The notes beneath the pieces were generated by a model that worked only from the letters and a program-made list of their open reading frames with translations, searched no databases and was not told where the DNA came from. DNA of 53,115 nt, from assembly GCA_964412395.1 (NCBI GenBank), contig CAYPOY010000001.1, positions 1 to 53,115 of the forward strand, given 5' to 3'. The stretch's first letter is position 1, and every line of letters begins with the position of its first letter. This document shows, one piece after another, positions 43,291 through 52,383 of the stretch. The stretch is from an uncultured Anaerolineales bacterium. GTDB lineage: Bacteria; Chloroflexota; Anaerolineae; B4-G1. Both the position numbers and the translations under genes were made by a program.

Positions 43291-43352
43291 TGAACGGTTA
43301 CCGAGTAACAACAGAAAAAGCACGCGGTTTCAGCCACCGTGCCACATATAAC

Positions 43353-43401
43353 CGTCAGCCGCTAACTGCTAACGGCTAACAACTAACGACTGACGGCTAA
43401 C
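43353..43401. repeat. Heptamer tandem array (NNCTAAC x6-7)
   Basis: cgtcagc cgctaac tgctaac ggctaac aactaac gactgac ggctaac. The response-regulator stop codon (complement of 43383..43385) and its last 5 codons (LAVSR) lie inside the array. Confidence 0.9.
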
Positions 43402-44117
43402 CGCTCCTTGCGGAAGTCTACGAAGCGGTACCCCGTCCCACGTTCGGTAAAAATGTAGCGGGGATGGGATGGGTCGGGTTCGATCTTTTGCCGCAGGTAG
43501 GTGACATACAGGCGCAGGTACTGAATTTCCTCGCGATACTCATAGCCCCAGACCTTAGCCAACAGTGTCTTGTGGGGCACTACCCATCCTGCGTTTTCTA
43601 TCAGGTGGTACAACAGGCGGAATTCGGTCGGGCGCAACTTGATGCGCTGGCCCTCGACGATGACCTCGCGACTGTTGAAGTCTACGCTCAGCCGGTCGTC
43701 AATGTGGAGAATGGTCTCTTCTGGCGTCACCAGGCCCTGTGTACGGCGTAGCACTGCCCTGACACGGCTGACGAGCTCACGAGCACCGAAGGGCTTGGTC
43801 ACATAATCATCGGCTCCCAGCTCCAGCCCGCGCACCTTGTCCTCCTCGTCGGACCGGACTGTAAGCATAATTACCGGGACGTTGGAGACTTGGCGCAGTA
43901 TCTCCAAAGTATCGAAGCCATCCAGTTCAGGCATCATCACATCGAGGATGACCAAGTCGGGCAGGCTAGTACGCGTTTTGTCGAGCGCCTCCAGTCCATC
44001 GTGGGCTTCTATTACCCGGTATCCCTCAAGTTCCAGGTTCATACGGATGAACCGGGTCATGCGAGGTTCGTCATCTACGACCAGAATAAGCCCAGGGCGA
44101 GCTGACATAACGAGCAA
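43383..44117 (-). CDS. OmpR/PhoB-family response regulator (receiver + winged helix, KdpE-like)
   Basis: [34 protein letters not shown]. w[34 protein letters not shown]...[13 protein letters not shown]...[12 protein letters not shown]. Confidence 0.92.
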   Translation of the reverse strand: MLVMSARPGLILVVDDEPRMTRFIRMNLELEGYRVIEAHDGLEALDKTRTSLPDLVILDVMMPELDGFDTLEILRQVSNVPVIMLTVRSDEEDKVRGLELGADDYVTKPFGARELVSRVRAVLRRTQGLVTPEETILHIDDRLSVDFNSREVIVEGQRIKLRPTEFRLLYHLIENAGWVVPHKTLLAKVWGYEYREEIQYLRLYVTYLRQKIEPDPSHPRYIFTERGTGYRFVDFRKERLAVSR

Positions 44118-44129
44118 CCTCAGTGCACA

Positions 44130-44372
44130 TCACTCGCGGATGAAGCTGACAATTTCCTCTTCCTCTTCGCTGGGCAAAATCTCCACGCAGTGGATGCGCG
44201 TCCAGGGGTAGATCACCGTATCGGTTTCAGGCAGAACGTAGGAGACATCGCGGCCATCACGATACCGAACGTTGCTGACAATCAGCACCTGGTCGGTAGG
44301 CTCAGGAATGTGTTCTATTTCTCCTATCACGGCCTCCTCGTTCAGTACATGGATCAATACGGTGCGAGGCAT
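44130..44372 (-). CDS. Conserved-looking small protein, function unknown (acidic tail)
   Basis: 80-aa ORF, 12 nt upstream of the regulator gene, with protein-like composition. No family recognised. Confidence 0.5.
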   Translation of the reverse strand: MPRTVLIHVLNEEAVIGEIEHIPEPTDQVLIVSNVRYRDGRDVSYVLPETDTVIYPWTRIHCVEILPSEEEEEIVSFIRE

Positions 44373-44410
44373 ATACCCTCCTCCATTCGCAGTTTACTCC
44401 TGATTGCAGC

Positions 44411-44923
44411 TCACTCTTGGATGATAACTTCCAATTTGATGTGGCCTAACTGAAGTTCGTCCCCATCCTTGAGCACGTGAGGTAGATAGGGGGTCAGACG
44501 TTGTCCATTCAGAAAGGTGCCGTTAGCGCTCCCGACGTCCTCGACCAGGTGGGCCGAACCTCGCTGATGGATCTTGCAGTGATGACGGGAGACGCCGCCC
44601 TCGAGCCCTCCATCAGGAGTTAGGTCCAGGTCAGGGAAGATGCCGTGAGCCGCATCGAGACGCCCAATATGCACCTCGACAGTGGATGGTAACTGGATTT
44701 GGCGGTCAGTGGATACCACCTTAATGTGTAGTGGGATGAGAGGTGCCTCGGGGGGTTCCTCAACAGGCTCGCTGGCCCATGGATTCGCTCGCGAGATGGG
44801 CAGTTCTTCTTCGGGGAGTGGCTCGGTGCGCAGAGGGCCTCCGGTGGGCAAGTATACCCCGCACTCGCTGCAGAATAATGTACCAGGACGATGTTTACGG
44901 CCACAAGATGGACATTCAATCAT
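44411..44923 (-). CDS. Zinc-ribbon + FHA domain protein
   Basis: MIECPSCGRKHRPGTLFCSECGVYL (two CxxC pairs). FHA: VHIGRLDAAHGIFPDLDL...GVSRHHCKIHQRGSAHLVEDVGSANGTFLNGQRL. ATG 44923 overlaps the upstream stop (ATGATTGA). Confidence 0.85.
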   Translation of the reverse strand: MIECPSCGRKHRPGTLFCSECGVYLPTGGPLRTEPLPEEELPISRANPWASEPVEEPPEAPLIPLHIKVVSTDRQIQLPSTVEVHIGRLDAAHGIFPDLDLTPDGGLEGGVSRHHCKIHQRGSAHLVEDVGSANGTFLNGQRLTPYLPHVLKDGDELQLGHIKLEVIIQE

Positions 44924-46400
44924 AGGACTCTCTCCGTGAAGCAATAGTCAGACTGCGCGTGCCATACTTGATTTCTTTGCGTCCTTTGGCTGTCGGAGTT
45001 CTGCCCTGGGCAATGCGTCCAGCTTCCAGCATTGCTGCCCGAGCTAACTGAGTCTCTCCCAGGTCAAACAGGCGCGTGGCTACCTTTTCCAGTTGGTGCG
45101 TTGCTGCTTTGACGTTCCCACTATCCAGCGCATCCCAGGCCCGCTCTTGCATACGGTAGATAGTGACCTTGCTCAACACACTCAGGACGGCTGGCGGCAC
45201 TGGTTCGGGCGGTGGCTCGGTGGACGTGAAAGTGCAGCGGACGTCGTGCCGCAGTTTATCTCCCTGGCGTCCCAGTGCCGGTACGTCGCCCGTGAGTTCG
45301 AGTTGCAATAGCCTGTGCTCTCCAGGTGGCTTTTTGGTCACACCCAACTCCAACACGATGATCAATGGCACGTCTGCCTGCAGCGAACCCAGGTTGATCA
45401 TACCATCGGTCGAGGTGAGGCGTTCCAGGTAGGGCGAGGTGCGAAATGCGCTTTCCAGTTGCACGCACTCGGCACAACGGCACTCCAGAGTTAACCCTTG
45501 AGCGAATACTGACCCCAGGCCACGTACCCTCTGTTGTAAAAGCGTACGCACCTGGCCAGGCGACGCAATGTAAGCAGAGACCCCACCACTTTGGGCTGCG
45601 ATCTCATCGAGCAGGGCATCGTTCCAGTCCTCGCCTATGCCCATAGCCGTGATGCCGATCCGGCGTGCTCCTGCCAGCCGGGCTTCGGCTAAGCAGTCTT
45701 CTTCATCACCATAGGTCTGGCCGTCGGTGAGGAGGATCAGGTGACTGGTGACTCGCTTGTCGTGGTGCTTTCCGATTTCCGCCAGCCCAACCTGTATACC
45801 TTGCAGAATCTCAGTTCCACCGCTGGCCAAAATGCTTGAAATCTTGGCCTTGGCATGGACGCGGTTGACGTCCGACTGGCTGGGAAGTATGACTTCGGCC
45901 CGGTCGTTAAAGGTAGTCAATGCCAGGATGTCATCGTCATGTAGTTCGTCAATGATCTGGTGAGCTGCTTGCTTGACGTGTTCCAGCCGCGCTCCCTGCA
46001 TCGAGGTGCTGCGATCAATCACCAGACACAGGTTGAGCGGCAGGCGCTCGCCTCGCGAGGTTGCGGCCGGCCGAATTTCAATCAGGAGGTAGAGCACCGT
46101 CTCCTCGTAGAGAGAACAGAGTTGACTCTGGCTCAGCAAGATCTCCCAGGAGAGTGCTGCCTCCTCGCTCATGCCTAACTCGGTACGTTGCCGATCGTAA
46201 GCGTGGCGGCGGAGTGGATCGCTCAGGACGGCATAGGCGGTCTGGATATCGTGGAATAGGGTTGTTGGGGCTTTCTCTGTCCGACTGTCGGGATGGTAAC
46301 GGCGCGCCAGTGCGTGATAGGCGCGCTTAATCTCCTCATCCGTCGCGGATTGATGTACCCCCAGTATGGCATAGTAGTCGTTCTGGATGTCTGTATTCAT
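44916..46400 (-). CDS. J-domain (DnaJ N-terminal) + von Willebrand factor A domain protein
   Basis: DYYAILGVHQSATDEEIKRAYHALARRYHPD is the J-domain with the HPD motif. LNLCLVIDRSTSMQGARL carries the vWA MIDAS motif DxSxS. LLTDGQTYGDE. Confidence 0.85.
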   Translation of the reverse strand: MNTDIQNDYYAILGVHQSATDEEIKRAYHALARRYHPDSRTEKAPTTLFHDIQTAYAVLSDPLRRHAYDRQRTELGMSEEAALSWEILLSQSQLCSLYEETVLYLLIEIRPAATSRGERLPLNLCLVIDRSTSMQGARLEHVKQAAHQIIDELHDDDILALTTFNDRAEVILPSQSDVNRVHAKAKISSILASGGTEILQGIQVGLAEIGKHHDKRVTSHLILLTDGQTYGDEEDCLAEARLAGARRIGITAMGIGEDWNDALLDEIAAQSGGVSAYIASPGQVRTLLQQRVRGLGSVFAQGLTLECRCAECVQLESAFRTSPYLERLTSTDGMINLGSLQADVPLIIVLELGVTKKPPGEHRLLQLELTGDVPALGRQGDKLRHDVRCTFTSTEPPPEPVPPAVLSVLSKVTIYRMQERAWDALDSGNVKAATHQLEKVATRLFDLGETQLARAAMLEAGRIAQGRTPTAKGRKEIKYGTRSLTIASRRESYD

Positions 46401-46405
46401 ACGTC

Positions 46406-47269
46406 CTAACCCAGTGGCGGTTCCACCAGGATGGCAGTGATGTTGTCAGGTCCTCCAGCACGATTAGCAGCAGCGACCAGACTCTCACACGCTGCCTGAA
46501 GCGAGGAAGCGTTTGTGACGATGTTGGTTATCTCTGTGTCACTCACCATGCTCCACAGCCCGTCACTGCAAAGCAGCAAGCGTCCCCCATGGGGAATGGT
46601 TCGCACGTAGGTGTCTACCTCCAGCACGCCGCTCTGACCAACGGCGCGGTATAGCACGTTTTTCTGCGGATGAGTAGCGGCTTCATCGCGGGTAAGTTGC
46701 CCCAACTCGACCAGGCGGTCTACCAGTGAGTGATCGTGGGTAATCTGATCCAGTCCCTCTTCTGTGACGACGTAGGCTCGGCTGTCACCCACGTGGGCGA
46801 TGTAGGCTCGTGGGCCGAGCATCAGTGCGCAGGTCAGCGTCGTCCCTCCACCGGGCACTTGATTTGCCACGACACCGTTGGCCGCCTGCACTGCGTCCAC
46901 GAGCACTTCATTCAGAGCCGGCTGATCCGTACCGTACTCCTGGTTGGCGAGGGTCGGCAGATAGAGTTGGCGCACGATGTGGTGAGCCATGGTTCGCGCT
47001 GCCAGGGAGCTGGCAACCTCTCCGGCCTGGTGTCCTCCCATCCCGTCGGCCAGGACGAAAAGCCCAAACGCCGGTAGCGCATTGTCACCGCCGTGTGCGG
47101 CTGTGATGATCAGCGCTGTATCCTCATTGTGACGACGTACCTCGCCCACGTCGGTAACCCACCCGGCCTTGAGCCTGGGTCGGATAGGCGGCGCCATGGG
47201 TGAGGGGGATGTGCTCGGAGCAGCAGTGGGGCCCTTCTCCAGTCCCAGGAGGTTGCGTAGGAATTGCAT
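46406..47269 (-). CDS. PP2C-family Ser/Thr phosphatase
   Basis: RRHNEDT, VLADGMGGHQAGEVAS, AHVGDSRAY, LLLCSDGLW, GGPDNITAILV. ATG 47269 with GAAGGGGA upstream. ORF track 46406..47302. Confidence 0.88.
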   Translation of the reverse strand: MQFLRNLLGLEKGPTAAPSTSPSPMAPPIRPRLKAGWVTDVGEVRRHNEDTALIITAAHGGDNALPAFGLFVLADGMGGHQAGEVASSLAARTMAHHIVRQLYLPTLANQEYGTDQPALNEVLVDAVQAANGVVANQVPGGGTTLTCALMLGPRAYIAHVGDSRAYVVTEEGLDQITHDHSLVDRLVELGQLTRDEAATHPQKNVLYRAVGQSGVLEVDTYVRTIPHGGRLLLCSDGLWSMVSDTEITNIVTNASSLQAACESLVAAANRAGGPDNITAILVEPPLG

Positions 47270-47298
47270 AATTTCCCCTTCTACCAAACAGTGCAGTC

Positions 47299-49293
47299 TC
47301 AAGTAGGGAGCGCGTACACGTAACGATCGTCTGATCCAATGTAGACCACGCCATCCACCACTGTGGGTGACGACGTCACCGGCCCCTCAGTCTGAAAGCG
47401 CCACCGCAAATTGCCCGTTCGAGCATCCAGGCTGTAGATCACCCCGTCTACTGCGCCAAAGTATACCGCCCCTTCGGCTGCGGCTGGGGAGGAGGTCACC
47501 TGAGCATCTGTAGCGTAGCGCCAGACGACGCGGCCGCTTTCAGTATCCAGGGCATATAAGTAACCATCCGTTGAGCCGATGAAGACCAGGCCCTCGCTGA
47601 CGGCAGGTGAGGACACGACTGAGCCGCCGGTGCGACAACGCCACGCCGGCCAACCTGAGCGGATGTCCAGGCCATAGACATACGAGTCCTGGCAGCCCAC
47701 GTAGACCGCCTCCTCGGTGAGGGCGGGGGAGGAAGTCACACCACGCCGGGTGCGGTAGCGCCAGTGCGACTGACCGCTGATGTTCACGGCATAGATTACT
47801 CCTCCCTCGCATCCCACGTAGATAGCATCATTCCCAATGGCTGGCGATGAGCGCACCTTCCCCTCCGTCTCGAACTTCCAGGCAACACGACCACTGTGTA
47901 TATTGACTGCGTAAAGATATTGGTCGTCGGAGCCGAAGAATATGTGGTCGAACGCGGCCCGTGGCGATGACCACACACTGCCCTGAGTGGGGCAGGTCCA
48001 GGAGATGCGCCCTGTATCTGCGTTGACCGCGTAGAGCAGCCGGTCCGCAGAGCCGAAGAACACACGCCCCCCATGCACACAAGGGGATGAAGCGATACCC
48101 CCTTCAGTGGCGTATTTCCATAGGAACTTTCCATCATCGGCGTTGATGGCGTAGAGATTGTGATCGTAAGCGCCGATGTACGCGATGCCATTATGCACTG
48201 CTGGCGAGGAGCGGACCTCATCCTCACAGCGGAAACGCCACAGGGCCATGATGTCGCCACTGACAAAGGCCGAGGTGCCAAAGGAGGTCGTGCCGCTTAT
48301 ACCACGGGCCGAACTCAGGCTCATCAACGCGCGCTGCATCTCCTCGGCTGAGCCGTAGCGCTTGTTGATGTCATATTCCAGTGCCCGGTTAACGATCTCC
48401 GTTAGTTCACGGGAGACAGTGGGATTTGTCTTGTGAATGGGACGGTCCTGGAAGGAGAACGGCGGCTCCAGTCGCGGGTCCTGCTTACTGAGCAAGTGAT
48501 GCATCGTAGCACCCAAGGCGTAGATGTCTACTCGCGGTTCGGCGATGCCTCGGTACTGCTCCGGCGGTGTATAGCCCTCGGTGCCAATCATCGTGCCCTT
48601 GTGGCCGCTCTGGAAGATTCTTGCGATCCCGAAGTCCACCAGCCGAGTGCGACCGTGGCTATCGAGCATAACGTTGGATGGCTTGATGTCACGGAAGACG
48701 ATTGGCTGAGGATCGTGGCTGTGCAGGTAACTCAGTACTTCGCAGACCTGGACGGCCCAATGCACCACCTGTGTCTCGGACAAAAAACCCTCTGTCTCGG
48801 ACAGGAGGGTCTCCAGGTCTTTGCCATCTACATACTCGAGAATAAGGTAATTGCGGTCGCTCTCGCTGAAGTAGTCGTAGACTTGGACAATGCCGGGATG
48901 ACTGAGAGCGGCAAGGATATTGGCTTCACGCTCGAAGCGGAGTTCCATCATGGTCCGTACCTGGGGATCGGTAGCGGTGTTGAGCATCTCCTTGACGATG
49001 CACAACCGGGTGACCTTGGAGAAGCGCAAGTCCTGAGCCCTATAGACAGTGCTCATGCCACCGACTGCATGTAAGCTCAGAATACGGTAGCGATCCTGAA
49101 GCACGTGACCGTCGGGCAGTCGGCCCTCGACGCGCTTGGATGGCTGGGACGAGGGGGCCATATGCTGCGTACCCAATCCTTTTTTCAAAGGGACTGGCGT
49201 GCGTGGTCTCTCCGAGGGCCCTGGCTCTTGTGCTGGAGGCTCTCTGGAAGAAGGGCCTGGTATGCTAATGTGATGGGTCTCAAGAGATTTCAT
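47299..49293 (-). CDS. Ser/Thr protein kinase with C-terminal PQQ-like beta-propeller repeats
   Basis: Kinase: GGMSTVYRAQD, IVKEM, FRDIKPSNVMLD, DFGIARI, GTEGYTPPE. C-terminus has about 8 repeats of the pattern SSPA...G..Y.G..D..LYA.....G...W. Confidence 0.92.
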   Translation of the reverse strand: MKSLETHHISIPGPSSREPPAQEPGPSERPRTPVPLKKGLGTQHMAPSSQPSKRVEGRLPDGHVLQDRYRILSLHAVGGMSTVYRAQDLRFSKVTRLCIVKEMLNTATDPQVRTMMELRFEREANILAALSHPGIVQVYDYFSESDRNYLILEYVDGKDLETLLSETEGFLSETQVVHWAVQVCEVLSYLHSHDPQPIVFRDIKPSNVMLDSHGRTRLVDFGIARIFQSGHKGTMIGTEGYTPPEQYRGIAEPRVDIYALGATMHHLLSKQDPRLEPPFSFQDRPIHKTNPTVSRELTEIVNRALEYDINKRYGSAEEMQRALMSLSSARGISGTTSFGTSAFVSGDIMALWRFRCEDEVRSSPAVHNGIAYIGAYDHNLYAINADDGKFLWKYATEGGIASSPCVHGGRVFFGSADRLLYAVNADTGRISWTCPTQGSVWSSPRAAFDHIFFGSDDQYLYAVNIHSGRVAWKFETEGKVRSSPAIGNDAIYVGCEGGVIYAVNISGQSHWRYRTRRGVTSSPALTEEAVYVGCQDSYVYGLDIRSGWPAWRCRTGGSVVSSPAVSEGLVFIGSTDGYLYALDTESGRVVWRYATDAQVTSSPAAAEGAVYFGAVDGVIYSLDARTGNLRWRFQTEGPVTSSPTVVDGVVYIGSDDRYVYALPT

Positions 49294-49380
49294 ACTCAGT
49301 CTTGCAACTGTACGTCTTTGGTGCTCTGGTTATCGCATATCTCTACGCTGCGTTAGTGTGATCATGTCCTGGACACTACA

Positions 49381-49408
49381 ATTATAGACCAAATGTGTAA
49401 ACACGCAA
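49381..49408 (-). promoter_or_regulatory. Sigma70-type promoter on minus strand (TTGCGT-16-TATAAT) for the kinase operon
   Basis: The complement of 49403..49408 is TTGCGT and the complement of 49381..49386 is TATAAT, about 88 nt upstream of ATG 49293. Confidence 0.5.
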
Positions 49409-49423
49409 TCTGGCAGGCGAATG

Positions 49424-49580
49424 GGGAAAACGTAGCAGTTCTGGGGCTCTCTAAGGCCCTTTAGAGCCGTTCTGCGGCGTTTGGCAAATTCATCAACCCC
49501 ACCCTCAGCGGCGAGCAGGCCGCTAGACGCGCCCTGCGGCCTTCTAAGCGTTTTTGGGTTTCGTTCTGCTACGATTTCCC
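49424..49580. mobile_element. MITE-like element (157 bp) with 15-bp terminal inverted repeats and 5-bp direct flanking repeat
   Basis: gggaaaacgtagcag (49424..49438) versus ctgctacgatttccc (49566..49580): complementary at 14 of 15 positions. GAATG directly abuts both ends (49419..49423 and 49581..49585). Internal hairpins ggctct/agagcc and agcggc/gccgct. Confidence 0.6.
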
Positions 49581-49643
49581 GAATGGTAGTGGCGCTGATG
49601 GCGCAGTTTCATGCTGGAGCGGTGATGTGAGTGGATTAGGTGA

Positions 49644-51149
49644 CTACTGCGCTGGGTTGAAGTAGTTGTAGGTTGCAGTGGCAATATTGGCAATCAGAGG
49701 CGCACTTTCTTCCCATTCTAACCATTGAGGACGGTAGAGGAAGACGCTCAGCACAAAATCGCCGCCTGGACTGAACACGAGTGCCGCGTCAGCGTGGGTA
49801 TCGCCGGTGAAGCCATGTTTGTGCGCCACTCTGGTCCCCACCGGAACTCCGGCCTCAATGAGGTTGTCAATGCGGTTCGTGCTCATCCACTCGATCATCT
49901 GGTTGCACTCGTCAACGGTAAAATCACCAGGGTAGGCGACCATCAGCGCACCACCGCCGTTACTGCACTGATAGATCATTTCCAACAACACCCCTACATC
50001 CAGTGGCGTGGTCTGCATATAGGGGTCAGGTTGGGTGGTGATGTCGGTACGGGAGTTGGCCGGAGTGACGATGGTCAGTGGGACAACCTTCTCTTCCTCT
50101 TCCTCCTCTTCGTAAGTGGTCGCCATGAAAGTGTTGACTAGCCCCAGGTAGTTCATCGAAGCAGTGAGGTTCTCCACGCCCCGATAGCTGTCGCCATTGC
50201 CGATGACGTCGCGCAGCAGGAGATTGGCTTTGAAGTTGCTGCTGGCGGTACCCATTGTATCGCTCAGCCAATCAGTCATTTCCGGGTCGAGAGGGAGCGC
50301 CAGGATGCGGTAGGTCTCTTCCAAGATGGCAATTTTGAGCACACTCAATCCTGCGTAGGCGACGTCGGCGTTGATCTTCAGTTCGTCCCCGGTCTGCAAG
50401 TCCTTGATGAAGATGCCCGGTATCAAGCCCTCGTGGTCCTCTAGAAGGGACTGAAGCAATTGGTCCAGTACATCCGGATCCAGCGGTGGCGCTTCCTCCG
50501 TCCGCACGACCAACTCTACTCGCTGGTTGGTAGCCGAGACAAGTGCTGGGGCAAGCCTGCTGCGAGATGCCTCGACGTCCAGTTCGTAACCTGGCTGACC
50601 GGAGCGAACGGTCAGGTTGGCCGGGAGTGGGATAGGTTCCTGCGGCAATTGATCGTACTGCCTGGCGACACGGGTCAGGAAGCCGTCCAGCCGCTCCTCC
50701 GAGTAACTGACCGCCACAGGGACATCTACTGGATCTGGTGGGCGGCGTAGGACGTGAGCGATGAAGCCGTCGAGCCCTTCTCGTGCGCTCAGCATCGCGT
50801 CCAGGTTAGATGCTGTCTCTTCGGCATCATAACGCAGCCCGACGCTATCGGGAGATAGCGACAGGCGCTGCTCCCGGTACGTGACTTCCACAGGTGTGGC
50901 GAAAGCCACTTCCAGGGCGTTGAGCGCTTGTTCGCGCGTCATCCCCTCTACAGAGAGGCCGGCCATCGTCATCCAGGCAGGCAGGGTACGGTTGGCCAAG
51001 CGGAAACTAAAGTACTGCCACGCAAGGAAGAGTGCCGCGATGGCGGCGATGATAATAAGCCAGGCGATGCATCCAGCTCTGCGCTGCAAAGAACTTCCTC
51101 CACTCCGCAGGTACGCGATGATTATAACACATGTACAAGTGTGCGCCAA
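49644..51149 (-). CDS. Membrane-anchored class-A beta-lactamase-related serine hydrolase
   Basis: N-terminal TM CIAWLIIIAAIAALFLAWQYF. SxxK motif in YAGLSVLKIAILEE. C-terminal RVAHKHGFTGDTHADAALVF (KxG-type box). Poly-Glu insert EEEEEEEK. Confidence 0.72.
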   Translation of the reverse strand: MAHTCTCVIIIAYLRSGGSSLQRRAGCIAWLIIIAAIAALFLAWQYFSFRLANRTLPAWMTMAGLSVEGMTREQALNALEVAFATPVEVTYREQRLSLSPDSVGLRYDAEETASNLDAMLSAREGLDGFIAHVLRRPPDPVDVPVAVSYSEERLDGFLTRVARQYDQLPQEPIPLPANLTVRSGQPGYELDVEASRSRLAPALVSATNQRVELVVRTEEAPPLDPDVLDQLLQSLLEDHEGLIPGIFIKDLQTGDELKINADVAYAGLSVLKIAILEETYRILALPLDPEMTDWLSDTMGTASSNFKANLLLRDVIGNGDSYRGVENLTASMNYLGLVNTFMATTYEEEEEEEKVVPLTIVTPANSRTDITTQPDPYMQTTPLDVGVLLEMIYQCSNGGGALMVAYPGDFTVDECNQMIEWMSTNRIDNLIEAGVPVGTRVAHKHGFTGDTHADAALVFSPGGDFVLSVFLYRPQWLEWEESAPLIANIATATYNYFNPAQ

Positions 51150-51190
51150 GTATCAAGGGGAGAGGATGTTCGAAGCAATAAGCCTACCTT

Positions 51191-52294
51191 TCACCACTCC
51201 CCCTCCATCACGTAGCGCGTCACCTCGCCCACGCTCAACTGCTCGATGCCCAGCTTGTCCAGCGTGCGCCCACGCCGCCAATAGTCGGTCTGGTGGATGA
51301 TGCACGCCTGGCGGATGATGCTGTCCATCCCTCGCACCCGCACGCCGTACCGCTGCCCTAGCGCGGCGATGGGTATCAGGCTCATCGGCACGTCTTCCGT
51401 GATGTAGCGGTGATTCAGCGTGGGTGGGGCTTTGATGCCACGATAGCCAGCTTGGTTGTGGATCGCCTCGTGCAGGTTCGCGCCGGTGGCGTCGTAGGCC
51501 ATTTTCAGCCACTCCAGCCCCGTCCGGGCGCGGATGCCCAGGGCCGCCGCGACGGTCACCCGCTCCCGGTCCAGCGCCTCCAGGATGCAGGCCACCGACG
51601 GGGTCACGCCGTCAATGTAGAACTGGAACTCGCCGCCGGTGGATTCGATGCGCCCGGCGTTGAGCAGGGTGAGGGCGGGGTGGAAGATGGCTCCCATGTT
51701 GTTCAGGCTGGTGTGCAGTATGCTCATGCCGTCAATGAACAGGGGGAAGGCCGGGGCCAGCATCTCCAGCACCCGCCCCGTGCGGGTGGCCGGCAGCGCC
51801 GCCAGTGGCACTGCATCCTTGATGCGAAAGATGCGGGCCTGGGCCGGGCCTTCGGAGCGGCTGGCGTAGACCAGCGTCTCTGCCTCGGCCACGGTGACGT
51901 CGGCCTGGCAGCCGCTGTCGTTTAACACCTTGACAAACTCGAGGACGCCGCCGGTGCGCCCAGGGTTCAGCACGACAATCTGCCCGTCGCGCAGGTGAAG
52001 GGTGGCGGACCGGGCAATGTCGGCGTGAGCTGTGGAGGGTACAACCACCATAATGACTTCGGCTTGCTCCAGCGCCTCACCCATATCCGACGTGACCAGG
52101 ATCAGCGGGCCGAAGCCGTGCGGCCCTCCATTGTAACTCTCCAGTTCGATCCCGCCCCGTGCCTTGATAGCGGCGACGTGCTCCGGTGTGCGGTTGTACA
52201 GTGTGACGGGAAAGCCCATCAGGGCCAGATGTGCTGCCATCGCCTTACCGCCATTACCGGCGCCGATGACTGTGTAGTGTGTTTCTTTACTCAT
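51191..52294 (-). CDS. NAD(P)-dependent opine (octopine/nopaline) dehydrogenase-family oxidoreductase
   Basis: Rossmann motif YTVIGAGNGGKAMAAHLALMGFPVTLYNR. The length and C-terminal helical domain are typical of the family. Confidence 0.75.
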   Translation of the reverse strand: MSKETHYTVIGAGNGGKAMAAHLALMGFPVTLYNRTPEHVAAIKARGGIELESYNGGPHGFGPLILVTSDMGEALEQAEVIMVVVPSTAHADIARSATLHLRDGQIVVLNPGRTGGVLEFVKVLNDSGCQADVTVAEAETLVYASRSEGPAQARIFRIKDAVPLAALPATRTGRVLEMLAPAFPLFIDGMSILHTSLNNMGAIFHPALTLLNAGRIESTGGEFQFYIDGVTPSVACILEALDRERVTVAAALGIRARTGLEWLKMAYDATGANLHEAIHNQAGYRGIKAPPTLNHRYITEDVPMSLIPIAALGQRYGVRVRGMDSIIRQACIIHQTDYWRRGRTLDKLGIEQLSVGEVTRYVMEGEW

Positions 52295-52383
52295 TCAGTT
52301 TTCCTCCTCTCATAGTCTCTTGGCAATGTTCGGACTGAGGTGATGCGCAAAACGTAAGACGTGAGGTGTGATGTGGAGATCGC

